A DNA stretch of 62,835 bases, the filler included, from Syncephalis fuscata S228 (lineage: Eukaryota > Fungi > Zoopagomycota): the NCBI GenBank assembly GCA_025786725.1. It is 5 parts of 5 records of this genome, joined end to end, with 100 filler letters (N's around TTAATTAATTAA, not from the genome) between each part and the next. Parts side by side here need not be neighbours in the genome. Positions count along the whole stretch, not along the records: positions 47,017 to 56,326 come from JAHLTZ010000313.1; positions 56,427 to 62,835 come from JAHLTZ010000329.1; 3 more parts are not named here. One strand, written 5' to 3'. A model generated the notes under the pieces. It was not told the origin of the DNA and ran no database searches. It saw only the letters and a list, made by a program, of their open reading frames with translations. Position 1 is the first letter of the stretch; every line of letters starts with the position of its first letter. Made by a program: the position numbers and the translations under genes. This document shows positions 48,996 to 62,400 of this stretch, in pieces.

Positions 48996-49702
48996 TAAAC
49001 AAGAAGAATGCAATGAAATGAATGCGAAGTAAAGAGTATATCACTAACTCTGTATCGTTCACTCGTAGTTTTATACAAAGAATGGCACACAGTAGTAGTT
49101 ATCCAACTATTGGGCAAAGTCGATACTGAGATTGGCAAAATACGTCATTTGCCTATTTATTATACCTTTGCGCCTTTGACGTTGCCATTTAAATGAATAT
49201 TGAAATTATTTTATTATTTAGTCTTCATCACTGAATGTGTATTTATGTAACTATTTACAAATAGCGTAGTATATGGCTTTGTTTACAGCTGTTTAATTAA
49301 AAAGTTTATGGTAGCTTCAGCATGTGGTAGACTGTTCAATATTACATTCGTGTAACAATCAAGTTGAATGTGAAGCACATGCTTCATCAACTATTTCCAC
49401 ACTCTTTGTTTTCGTATGTGTTCTTCCAAACGTGTGACTTATAACATGCGGTTGCACAGCATGGACATGATTTGTTGCCATGCCCAGTAGGATAGTCCTT
49501 GAATACCACATGAATGCGAATAACATTTATTAAAGCAGTATTGCATGGTATATTCATCCAGTCTGTCACTTATTCTATTGCTCTGTATTTGCGCCCAACA
49601 CTCGTACTATTTGTAACTCTGTTTATTAGAGTTAGCAGGTCTGCTCTATTCTGTTATAGTCAACTCATATCACCAACTACTTGAATTTATTACTCAACCA
49701 AC

Positions 49703-51322
49703 ATGCGTTTCCTAAATCCCCCGCATGAACCCACTTCACTTGTAATATCGCGTTTCCTATTCTTAGTTATAGGGGCTGCTGGGTTAATTTTTATTATTGT
49801 TAAGCAATTCTCTGATATATTTGATTTAAAAGATATTTATCAAATTGAGTATCATACCGAAACACTTAATGTACCAACTCTACTATTTCGAACAGTAGCA
49901 GGACCTGGTATAGAGGTCCAATATAATGTCGGTGTCAACACTAAAGTAGGATTTAAGGAATACAGAGTTGCTGATGTTAAAAAAGTATTTAATGATATTA
50001 AATGGAATAAGAATGTAACCGAAGCAAACTATTTGATTCAAGATTGGAAGACAGTTCGTAATCAGCAAATATCTCCTTCATCAAATAACTCAGTACTCAG
50101 CATGGTCATGATAAAGCCTAATATTAATCATACTTTTGTTCCGGCAACTAAAAACGACTTTGAGAAGACCAGCGCAAGCGATCGATTTATTATAGATTTT
50201 GTTATCTGGATCAAAATGTCGCCTCGACCAGATACGATAAACACTGTTGGGCCTCTTTCTAATTTTCAAACTGACATATTTGTCATCAACGATCCCGATT
50301 TACTTGATCCAACAAAGTCTGGCCAATTACTTGAATTGGGCAGAATTCCCTCTAAAGATCGGTTTACTGTAAGAGGTGGTAATAATGTTAATATCGATTT
50401 CCTCAAAACTTATAAAAAAAAGAATCAAATTGAGACTGTGTATGATTTTGGGTTTTACGACCAGCAGGCTGTAAATTCAACAATGATGGGAATTATTATT
50501 ACTCCTCGTAATGACCCAGCTGAAGATAGCGATGCTTTTACAGTAAAAGAAGAAATTGCACGACGTCCTATTGGTTTGTTTCAAGCATTTGGTGCGACTG
50601 GTGGTGCTATAGCACTTTTTATTATTATTTTTATTATACTCTTTGGTCAATGTCGTCTTCGTCCTTGGGGAATCATTCAACGATACGTTATGCGCAACAG
50701 AATGCTTAGTATTCTACCACCGTCCATGGTCAGCATAAAATCACATTATAATCCTGGATCTAATCAAGAATCAGCTACTGATATGACATTTATAAATATG
50801 CCAAATTTAGAACAACGTGGCACAGCATCCTGGCAACCAAAACCTGTCAACAACCGTTCATATCAACACGAGCCACTAGATGATGCCATATCTCAACGTA
50901 TACCGTCTATATTTATTAATGATGAGAACAAACAATCATATGCTGTCGCAGATGCTCGTGCCAGTGAAATTCGTGAACTTAAAGCAATGATGGCGGCTCA
51001 GCAAGCACAAATGGAAACTCAAAAAAATAGTATGGAAGCACAGATGGTAGCTCAAATGAAGCAATTCACAATGATGTCAAATCGACTTGCAATGCTTGAA
51101 GGTGACACAAATACAAACAACAGTACTATAATGTTAAATAAACCAACTCCAGATAAGACATGCCTACCAAATACTTCAATAGCTCAGTATAACAAAGCAT
51201 TTGCATCTTCAGGTAATTCATTATCAGTTGAAGCTCGCTTGGCAAGCCTTGAGTTTTTTAAGCATCGATTGAAAACATTTTATTTATCATCTGACTTGTT
51301 TAAAGACAATTCGTTTAATTAA
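49703..51322 (+). CDS. Two-TM membrane protein with large loop and coiled-coil tail (candidate DEG/ENaC/PAC-like channel subunit), intronless
   Basis: 539-aa ORF with TM1 near the N-terminus, a ~255-aa beta-rich loop with N-glycosylation sequons, and TM2 preceded by FGATGGAIALF. Confidence refers to the CDS; the channel call is inference. Confidence 0.85.
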   Translation: MRFLNPPHEPTSLVISRFLFLVIGAAGLIFIIVKQFSDIFDLKDIYQIEYHTETLNVPTLLFRTVAGPGIEVQYNVGVNTKVGFKEYRVADVKKVFNDIKWNKNVTEANYLIQDWKTVRNQQISPSSNNSVLSMVMIKPNINHTFVPATKNDFEKTSASDRFIIDFVIWIKMSPRPDTINTVGPLSNFQTDIFVINDPDLLDPTKSGQLLELGRIPSKDRFTVRGGNNVNIDFLKTYKKKNQIETVYDFGFYDQQAVNSTMMGIIITPRNDPAEDSDAFTVKEEIARRPIGLFQAFGATGGAIALFIIIFIILFGQCRLRPWGIIQRYVMRNRMLSILPPSMVSIKSHYNPGSNQESATDMTFINMPNLEQRGTASWQPKPVNNRSYQHEPLDDAISQRIPSIFINDENKQSYAVADARASEIRELKAMMAAQQAQMETQKNSMEAQMVAQMKQFTMMSNRLAMLEGDTNTNNSTIMLNKPTPDKTCLPNTSIAQYNKAFASSGNSLSVEARLASLEFFKHRLKTFYLSSDLFKDNSFN

Positions 51323-52537
51323 TATTTACAATAAACTAATTAGTAATTATTGGCCACTTTCGCTTTATTCATCAATTTCAATGCTATTCACTGTTTATTC
51401 GCACTCATATTAATGCATTATATAATTGTGTTTGTACTATTATGTTGTTACTTGTTTCTAACATTATTATCTACTAGTAAACATGCTCAGTTTATTCAAT
51501 ACATAGTTTATTCATTGTTCAAACTGAATATCATTATGCGCAACATAAATATAGCAAATAGAAAATTTAATAAATAATATCAGGCTAAATATTGCAATAC
51601 TTGTTATATAAACATATATGAACAAACCAAATAATAAAACAAAAAAAATAAAATTCTTATTATATTAATAATATTTAATATAATTACGAATCAGTACAAT
51701 TCATTGTATTGCTGATACGTTTTACGTAAAAATTTTGATTTAATAAAAATATATATTATTAGCTAATGAGGTGTGTATGCATGAATAGTGTAATAACATA
51801 TTTTACCGATCAGTGTTTACTAGCTGTTGAATGCAAACGCAAATAAACAAAACTATGGAAAATGCTTAAATATAATTAAAATGAAATTATGTATTTATTA
51901 TCAGTTTGCACAGTTGAATAGGCACAACTCAGATTTGTTGACAATAAAATGATGCTATTGATTAATAGTTGAATAAAACGAGAGCATTGGCTGTAACTTG
52001 GTATGTAAGTGAAATGAATGATCGTCATTGAATGGTCATGATTTTGCCAAAGATATACCTAATATATTGCTCTAGCACCTCCATTTACACCACCAATGCT
52101 AATCTATTGAATATACAGGCTAAACTGTATCGATAGTATATATGTAGAATGTGCCATATAAGCAGCATATAAATTAATGCTATACGATGTCACTTACATT
52201 CTATTAATACAAGTTATCAAGCGCATACATTGAATGACATGTAACAAATATAAAATTGGTTAATATAGCATACTACTTACCAACTATCAATATAGTTATT
52301 AAATATACACAACGTATATTGTTTAATTAGCATATAGCTATTTAATATAAAATGCCACTTACCAGCTATTGATATTAGATTGTTAAACACACACAGCGCA
52401 TAGCATGTAACTAGTTTATATTTATTTGATACAAAACATCACTTGCCAACTATTAGTATTATTATTGGATATGCATAATATATAAAATATAATTGGTATG
52501 TAATCAAATAATATACAATTCCACTTACTGGCAGCTG

Positions 52538-52794
52538 TTATGTGTTATAATGGCCATCATGTGTATAATAGTGTCGATAAGTGTTGGAATAATGATCCAT
52601 AATCATGACTTATGTTCTAATGATGCATTAGGTAAACATAGTGTTAATAAGTATACTAATTTACATATTTATTGTAATTGCAACATACCGCGACGAGCTA
52701 GAACTGGCTTAGCATCCACCACGGTCATAGTGGCCACAAGAGCCACGACAATGGCACCGACGACGGCAATAAAAGCTTTGTAGTAATACTGGAT
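52538..52794 (-). pseudogene. Small secreted prepropeptide gene or pseudogene
   Basis: Signal-peptide-like YYKAFIAVVGAIVVALVATMTVVDA|KPVLARR, then a GTATGT donor and a His/Tyr-rich downstream exon. ATC stands where ATG is expected. Confidence 0.45.
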
Positions 52795-53648
52795 TGTTAA
52801 AAGAAACAAGTAGAATGGAAGATGGTATGTGTTTATTATAAATAATCCGATACATAGGCGGTAGAAATCTACATACAAGTCTATACAGCACCATTACACA
52901 GCTCAACTACACGTCGCAAACTAGATCTATTGGCTTTAAAAAAACAGCGACAATGCGCCATTATGCTTCTATTGTCACTTTTACCGGCAAAATCAATTTC
53001 CATACTTGCATGCATTCCAAACAGTTCATAACATCAATGCAACAGTAACATTGATACGCTGTGATATTGTTTGTTGCAGGATCTACCACTATGCATAGAC
53101 TAGTCGTACTGTCTAGAACTATGAGGATATACCGATTGACGTGTACTTGTTCAAATTAACATTGCACCTTGACTACAGGAATAAACAGCTCATTTTAGCA
53201 CTATAATATCAACTATCAATACAAAATATTTTTAACAAACAGTTTCTAGAATTGTCTATTGGATGTTGGATAGCAGCATTTATAATAAAGCATCAAGTTT
53301 AGCATTGATATTATTAATTGTTTGGTCATTAGGCAATGTAAAGACGCTAAACCGCACCATCAAACTGTCTATTAAATATAGTTAGTTCTGAGTGTACAGC
53401 AATAATACGCGGCCTATTAATTAGTGGTAATTTCGGTGCACATATGAGTTATTTAGCTAATAAACAAATAAAATACTATGGTATAATAGAACATACTAAC
53501 AGTGAAATAATAATAAATAATTCATTTTTTAAAAATAAACCATTTGTAATTATATTTATATCAACACAAGAATAATGACGATTATATCAGGGTGCAACAG
53601 TGCAAATAACACTCGTTTTACTTGACTATTTCCATTCCAACTACAATT

Positions 53649-56326
53649 ATGTTACAGTCAACGCCCAAGGACGCGCCACCCGGTGAGCGTACAGTATGGG
53701 CACGTAATGCACTACTGCTTATCGGTATCATATTCCACGTTACTTATATCTTTAGTATTTTCGACATTTACTTTACATCGCCACTTGTGCATGGTATGGG
53801 CCAGCACCGTTTATCGACCCCCGAAGCACCAGCCCGCCGTCTTGTACTATTTGTCGCTGATGGATTACGCGCAGATCGACTATTTGAACCACTGCCCACT
53901 ATTCAAGATGGTCATAGTGAAGAGCCACAACTACTCGCCAGTGACGGTTCGGTAACACGCGCTCCATTTCTACACGATATTCAAACACGCGTTGGTTCCT
54001 GGGGCGTGTCTCATACTCGTGTTCCAACCGAATCACGTCCCGGTCACGTCGCAGTCATTGCTGGATTCTACGAAGATGTAAGTGCCGTAACCAAAGGTAA
54101 GTATTCAACAAATAAAACAATTACTCCTACATATCATAACACTTATATCCATAATCATCAGGCTGGAAAATGAATCCAGTAGATTTTGACTCAATATTTA
54201 ATCAAACAGAACATACTTGGTCATTTGGATCACCGGATATCCTACCAATGTTTGCTCATGGTGCATCAGATCCTGATCGTGTTGAAACATTTATGTATAG
54301 CGCAGAAGAGGAAGATTTTGCCCGTGGTAATTATAGATAGAATCATCAATATATATACTGTTGAACTAATCAGTAGTAATCATGTTATGATAGAGGCATC
54401 TATTCTTGATACATGGGTATTTGATCATTTTGAAGCACTTTTAGAACGTTCACGTACCGATGAGCGTCTTCGAGAACAACTAGCCAAGGATCGAATTGTA
54501 TTCTTTCTACATCTTATTGGACTTGATACAAATGGACATGCATTCCGACCACATTCAAAGGAGTAAGTATAACTAGATAGATGGATGGATGGATAGTTAG
54601 TAATAGGCTTATAAATAACTACTAGATATTTAAATAACATTCGTCTAGTGGATAAAGGTGTTCAACGTATTCAAAACTTGATTGAGGCTTATTACAACGA
54701 TAAAAAGACATCTTATGTATTCACAGCCGATCATGGTATGGGCAATCGAGGTAAGTATCTATACTAATATATAATACATAATATAATAACACGATCAATA
54801 GGTGCACATGGTGATGGTGATCCAGATAACACTAGAACACCACTTATTGCATGGGGTGCAGGTGTAAAAGGACCAGAATTAAATGGACAAGGTCATGATG
54901 ACTTTTCAGAATCATGGACAAGTCTTAAACAAATAGCCCGTAAAGATGTGGCACAAGCAGATATTGCACCATTAATGGCATCATTATTGGGCATTAACTA
55001 TCCAGTTAACAATGTTGGTGTATTACCAGTTGGTTATTTAGGTGGATCTGATGAATTTAAAGCTCGATCGGCATTAACAAATGCACAGCAAATACTTGAA
55101 CAATATCTGGTAAAAGAAGGTAAATAATAGTTATAGTATTTATATTGTAAAATCAAATAACATTTATATATGATGATAATGATATGTAGAAAGTAAACGA
55201 CGAACAGAAATTGGTTTTAGACCCTTTGAACCATTAAAAGATCAACAGTCAATAGATAAACTTGATTATATTAAACAATTAGTTGACAGTAAAGATTATA
55301 CCACAGCAACAACAGCAGCCATTGATCTAATTCAGGAATGTTTACAAGGATTGCGCTATTATCAAACGTGAGTATTACGTCAATTGATAGATGTTATAAG
55401 ATATTAGTTGATTAATGGTATAATTCTAGTTATGATTGGCGCTTTTTAAGATCAATTGTATCTATTGGATATATTGGATGGATTGCTTATAGTTTACTAT
55501 TTATCATTAATGTTTATGTATTTGAAGGAAAGAGTAAACATTTAACTACAGTAATACAAAGTTCGACAATAAATCAATCATCATCCAATAGATTTGTAAG
55601 TAACTAATAATCCAAATATATTATTATTATTATTATTATTAATGTATTATGGATTAGATTAATGGTATGGCAGTTATTTGTGCATTAATCATGTCAGCCA
55701 TTTTATACATTCAAGGATCACCGACTATGTATTACTTTTACGTGGCATTTCCCATATTCTTTTGGCATCAAGTTTTACAACAACATCACACGTTTGCTCG
55801 TTTATTCTACGGACAAGCATCTGAGAATGACTCTACTTTGAAGCGTCGTTATAGTTGGTTAAATGTATTACTCTATGTATTATTATTGGTTGGTGCGCTT
55901 GAAGTATTAGTAAGTCATTATATACATATTACTATTGTTACAACTGTTATAATCTAATATTATTCTGTTATAGGTATATAGTTACTTTGAACGACGTATA
56001 CTTACCATCTGTTTATGGTTATTGGCATGTTGGCCATTCACTGCACCTGCTCCATTCAGATCTCATCATCGACTGTTGATTGGTATGTGGCAAATTGCTT
56101 GTATTGTCACATCGATATTTCCCATATTGCCAGTTGAGAAGGGCGATGATATTACACTAGTGTAAGTATTCTAGTCATAGTTATATAATGGAACTAAATA
56201 ATAAGATATATATTAGTATGGCTGGTGGTGTTGCGACTTTAACTGTAGCAATCATTTACTTGGTAAAACTGGTCCTTCACTTCGTTCCAATTCTCAGTCT
56301 AATTATTCGTTCTATCTTACATTGTG
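53649..56326 (+). CDS. MCD4: GPI ethanolamine phosphate transferase 1 (PIG-N), multi-exon, truncated by gap
   Basis: Motifs [67 protein letters not shown]. Confidence 0.96.
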
Positions 56327-56426
56327 NNNNNNNNNNNNNNNNNNNNNNNNNNNNNNNNNNNNNNNNNNNNTTAATTAATTAANNNNNNNNNNNNNNNNNN
56401 NNNNNNNNNNNNNNNNNNNNNNNNNN
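56327..56426. other. Assembly spacer (N run with TTAATTAATTAA)
   Basis: Same 100-nt spacer design. Confidence 0.97.
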
Positions 56427-57346
56427 CGTGGTATGTTTTGGACAGTGCTGCTTGCAACAGCCGGTTCGACCATTATTATTGGTTTATTAGGCTGTGCCTT
56501 TGTACTTCACTTCAAACCAGTATGGACAGCGCGTCTTTTTATTCCAACTATCGGCATGTTGCTTGGTAATTCCATTTCTGGTATTGCACTTGGCTTGCGA
56601 ACCTGTTTAAACGAGGTCCATGCACACCGCGATCATATCGAACAGCAGTTATCGTTTGGTGCAACACGTTGGGAAGCATCGCGTAATATTCTTCGATCAT
56701 CTGTCCGCATGGGTATGCTACCTACCGTGAACTCTATGAGCGTCATGGGTATTATATCGATTCCTGGTGTTATGTCGGGTCAGATTCTTGGTGGTGTTCC
56801 GGTAGATCAAGCTGTTCGCTACCAGATATGTATTATGTTTATGATAGCTGCCTCGACGACCTTAGGTATTGTTACTGCAGCACTGGCATGTGTCCACACC
56901 TGTGTCGATCATCGACATCGTACGCGGCCAGAGCGTATCATTACAACTCCAATTATTATATATGCATGGCGTAATGCTGCATTAAAATGGCTGGTATACA
57001 AATAATGAAACTCATTCAACCAAGTACTCAATGGATTAAGAAGCAATTTAAAAACATAACTTGTTTAAAAGGCCAATCTAACAAACACAGCCATCGTCGT
57101 AATAATGCACCAACATTGGCTGAGTTAGAAAAAGCTACTATTCAAGCAAAAGATACGACAAAAGATACAGCACCCGAAATGTCTCAAGTTACGAAAAGCA
57201 ATACAAATGAGCTTACAGATATTGTAGTTGAGCCACAAACCGCATCTGATTCACATCATTCTATTGTGGAGGTAGCAGTTGCACCAGCTGACAAGCAACT
57301 TCTGTTTTGTGTTCATCACCAAAATAAACAAATATTGTTAATTTAA
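56427..57346 (+). CDS. UPF0014/FetB(YbbM)/ALS3-type ABC permease, 5' truncated; possible tail in second frame after ~57000
   Basis: FIPTIGMLLGNSI, GATRWEA, PTVNSMSVMGIISIPGVMSGQILGG...AVRYQICIMF. Confidence 0.88.
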
Positions 57347-59461
57347 TAATATAATAATACTAATACCAATAATAATATAACTCTAATATGATAAATTATA
57401 ATAGTTACTTTAATAATGAACCATGCAAAATGCCAATATCTTGCATATTGCTGTGTGCCATATGCTTTTGTGCTGAAGAGTGATATACCGAGATTAGTCA
57501 AATGCCACGATAAACGAAATATATTAAGGCGAATTTACTAAAATACACCGTTTTGAAAATAGTGAATAATTCCCCATAATTAAGTACGATTTTTAAAATA
57601 ATGTAAATTAAAATTAATAAATGCAGTTAAATTGTTGTTTTGAATGCACTACCCGGAAGAAATAGACGGATTTAAATACTATTCGTCACTATTTTATAAT
57701 TAGCAACGGAAAGGATGATTATATTTAATTGGCAATGCAAAGCATTGTCTATATGCTTATGCAGAAAGCTACTGCGTTGATATTATGGTATAGCCCATGC
57801 TTTGTTGATGAAATGTGTATTATTATTGCTACTATATTCTTTGTAGATTCAACTTGGCTCGTTTAACTATAAATGCACACATATACATTTAGTTGTTGAT
57901 ATTCACACAATCCGTCTATCTATATAGCTTAATTATGGTATACTATGCCTTAATAGTGTAAAAGGCACTTGGAATTTTAAATTACAATTACATTTATGGC
58001 ATAAATAAAATAGTATGATCAAAAGCGCCGAATTAGAATATTCTATTTGGTTTTATTGTAAGGAAAGAGTAATTAATATACATATTTATCTTTTATGTAA
58101 CTGGAGAATAACACTTGAAATGTAGGAAAATGTGTGTAATTTACGATTCAAAACGTGAAATTGCAATCATATGGTTTTAATTAATATTCGCTCAATCTTG
58201 CTACACATGGCCAACAACAACATCAACAGCAATAATAATTGGTTTTAAATGTTCCAAATAAATCAAATAGTATGTTACATTATTTATTTAATCAGTTTAT
58301 TAACAACTGTATTTTTATTAGGAAACATTATAAATGTGCTGTGTATAACCGCATGACTTTCATTGGAAGGAGCTGTTTACTTTTGAGATAAAGTAAAATT
58401 CAATCTATTAATTTCAAGCCTCATTTTCTAAAAAACACTCAATTGAAATATTTCATATCTTGCTTCTTTCTCGCATTCTGGCTTTCATCTAGTCTGCCAA
58501 ATCTATTCTTATTCTTATCTGCTTTTTTATTATTAAAAGTATACTGCTAAATAGGGCAAACGGTCTTTTTTTTCTGGTAAGCATCGCGTATCTAGCTTCA
58601 TCTACTTTTGTTTTGTTTGATGCAGCTATTTAGCTGCTACATGCGTACTCTTTAACCATATAGCTGCAATCTCAGTTAAACCGAACCAGACTTGCTGGAG
58701 GTTTGCGCAGTATACTTTTAGTATTGCTAGATTGAATGCAATATATATTATTGTACATTATGAACAGTGACAAGCGGAATAAGCATGCTGCTTAAAAATA
58801 TGTACAATACTTTCCCTTTCGTTTTTTGTAGCGCTGATTGACTTGTCTTTTGTATACCTGCATAATATGGTCGGTGCAATAAGCCGATAAACTATTAGTA
58901 TTGAAGTTCAACTGGTTTGCATCCTTTTCGCTGCGCATCTCTCCTTGTCGAATAGAGAACTAGCGCTGCAGTTGCAGCTATGATTGATAAATAATAAGCA
59001 CTATTTAATAGCTAGCAATGTTGTTGAGTTTGGCGCGGTATTGATAGTTACTTACCCCCTTACGTTATTACATCTAGCACTTGAAGTAGCTTTCTGTACC
59101 GGACATCTTATAAAGGGACAAGTTATAGCAACAACATCGGCCGCAACTCCGCAGCTGTCTCTTTCCCTGTGTATACTTTCGAAAGTGTTGTTGTCTACGT
59201 ATTTTATTTGATATTTGCCATTTGAACAAAAAAGTAAGTAAATTGTGATATTAATTCACAATAACAATGTGACGTAAAAAGGTATTATCAGCTGACCTTC
59301 ACGTGTTGATAACGATTCTAGACTGCAATAACACCAACAGCTGTAACAATTATCGACCGTTTTTTTCATTTAACGCCACCTTAAGCTGGACGTTAAATAA
59401 CGAATTTTCTGTAAAGGTCAATTCGTAGCAACGTTTAAAAGCAACTGCAGCAGCTGTGTCG

Positions 59462-62400
59462 ATGAGTAGACTGCCAAAGTTTGGTTCTGGTATTCCTGGA
59501 CCCACTGCTGTTCTTTCCAACGGTCCATCGTTTGGCCATCACGTCATAATTCAAGTAGTAGATCTGAAATATCTGGTAGGATAGATAGCTGATTAATATA
59601 ATAACATTTATTTACTCTGCTATTAGATTCAACGCCAACATCACCAATCATGTCAACCGCTGGTGGATTTGGCGCCCCTCGTGGGCTACGCAAGCCTGGA
59701 ATGAACGGTGTGGGTGGTAGCGGCATTGGTTCTCCGATAAAGTCAGGACAGCATTCTAGAGGACCTAGTAGTAGTGGTGGAAATGGTCAATCAATGACCA
59801 CGGGGCATGCGACGTGTACCTTCTAATGCATCAAGTACGGGTACTGGATTGATGCGACCACCTGCTAATGGTGCAGGTACTGGTGATAACTTTCAAGTAA
59901 ATAGCCGAGTACGTGTCGAATCAATGAACATTGAAGGCACTTTACGCTTTCTTGGGTCAACGCACTTTAAGCCAGGCACTTGGGCCGGTATTGAGCTTGA
60001 CGACGAAGGTGCAGGTAAAAACGATGGATCTGTTGCTGGTCATGTATACTTTTCATGTCCGCCACAAACAGGTATATTCGTGTTAGCATCTAAGCTTTCT
60101 GCACCCAGTAATGCCAATAATACTGGTAGTGCATCTCGTATTGGACTTCGTGGCCCTCCAGGTGGACTTCGTCGACCAAGTACTGGTTCAGTCGGTGTTC
60201 CAGCGCCAGTTAAACCACTTAACTTTCGTCCAGAGTCAAGGGCAAGTCGTTTTGTTGGCATGTCAGCACAGCAATTCAAACGCCGTTCGCTAATGATGAC
60301 CGACGATGACGACGGCTACCAGCCTGGCTCACCACAAGCTGCTAATTCACCTGCTCGCAGCCGAATCGGTGGCGGAAATGGCCTAGGCATTAGAAATGGA
60401 CTAGATGGCATGATTGATGATAGTAATCCAGCTGACGAAGATTTAAGTGCACTTAACGGCACTGGCATAGACGGTGAAGCTATCAATGGTACTGGCAAGT
60501 CGGGTGTTGATTTAGCAGAAGCCCAGAAGATACAAGCACGTGCTGAAGTACTTGAAGCTGAAAACAGATTACTTCGACTTGAAGTGCAACAAGGCAAGGC
60601 CCGACTTGCTGCTGGTGAACTATTGGAACGTGGTATTGTTGGTGAAGCACATGCTATGCTTGGCCGTGATGAAGAGGTAGCGTCATTAAGAGAGAAAGTT
60701 GAACGACTATCACGCGAGAAGAGTGAAGTAGAACAAGAGCGTGAACGACTGCGACGTGAAATGACCGATCGCAAACGACAAAGTACCACGTCAACGCTAG
60801 CTCATGTAGAGGACGGAGAACAACTATTGCGACTTACTGAAGCGTTGGCAGAACGCGAATCACGTATTCGTGAACTCGAACAAACGATTACCGAGTTGAC
60901 AAAACGTGTAGAAGCTGCCGAGGCTGCAGCTAAAAATTTAGGTCCAGAGGAAGGCGCCGAGTCTATTGAAGCACTAAGACAGCGTATACACGACCTTGAA
61001 GAGGCTATGCATGAAACTGACCATGCATTGGCGCAAAAAGAAGATGAGGAGCGTGAATTACGTGAACAACTAGAGCGTTTAATGCGTGAACGCGACTTTG
61101 ACGATGCACGTCGCAGTCATGAAGGCGGCGACACTGAACGACAACAGGAACAAATCCGAATACTAGAACGCCAGCTCGAAGAAAAGTCAGGCGAAATGGG
61201 CCAGTTATCAGCTCGTTTGGATCGCATTAGCACTGAGCATGAAAAGGAAAAGGCTACTTTAGAGGAGACGATTAAGCAGCTACGTTCAGCAGGCCAGGAA
61301 ACAATTGAGTTGTATGAGTCTAAATTACAGGCATTACAACAGGCTGGTAAAGATGCCATGGCGCTAATGGACGACGAAGGAATGGTCGAGCGTGAAGCTT
61401 TAAACGAACAGCTAACTTTAGCGCAGGATGAAATACAAGAACTGCGTATGGCCGGCGCTGAAACAATTGAAGTATACGAGTTAAGAGTAACACAGCTTAA
61501 GGAGGAACTGGCTAAAGTCCAAGCAAGTGGTGGATCAGGCAGTGAAGCCGATGCTGCACTCCGATTACAGTTAGATGCAGCCCGTGAAGAAGTACGTGCA
61601 GTACAAGAGGCTGCAGCCAGACATGAAACTGAAATGGATGCACGTTTACGTGAAGCACAAGCTAATGGCTTTTCTGCTGATAGCCAAGCAAAGATTGCTC
61701 AACTAGAAGCAGAGCTTGAAGCAACATTGGCCGAACGATTAAGATGGCCGAACAAGTGGCTACTTTAAAGACACAAACACGCGAACTAAGAAGTACAAAG
61801 ACGGATTTAGAGCAGCGCATTGTTGAAGCGGATCAAGCTACTGAACAAGTGCGTGCCAATGTACGTCAATCTATTTCTTCCATGGACGACATTATGCGAG
61901 GCCGTGACGACGAATTAAAGGAGCTACAAGACAGCAAAGATGCATTGGAGATAGAGATTAAGCAGCTGCGTCAATCTCTTGAAGCTGCACGCCATGAGTC
62001 TACCGATGATGGAGAAGTGGTGGCATTGCGCGAAGAGCTAGAAGACCTACGTATGCGACTTAAAGATGCGAACAACGCTAAAGCAGTAGCGGCGCAAGGC
62101 ACAGCAGAAGATGGCGATGAAAACCAGATGGAAGAGCTTCAACGACGAATTACTGAATTGACACAGGACAATCGTGAAGCCAAACAGGAAAATCAACGGC
62201 TACTTGAGGTGCAAGCATCGCTATCGGAGGCACATCGTCAAGTGGAAAGCGAATGCTTAAAGCTTATGAACGAGCTTATGTATCTACATAATGAGCAGCT
62301 TAATATAACACCTGCTCAATCAGCACCAGAAGTAGATGCAGGCATTAAACTTGAAGAAGTAGCTGACGACGATACTGACAATCCAATGCCACCAGAGCAG

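Noticed and set aside
14313-56426. TTAATTAATTAA palindrome recurring four times
   Set aside because: Always centred in identical 100-nt N-spacers. It is an artificial all-frame-stop contig linker, not a biological repeat.
60040-61359. Antisense ORFs inside coding genes (also 4783-5160, 13817-14149, 26190-26618)
   Set aside because: Shadow frames of real CDSs with low-complexity translations.
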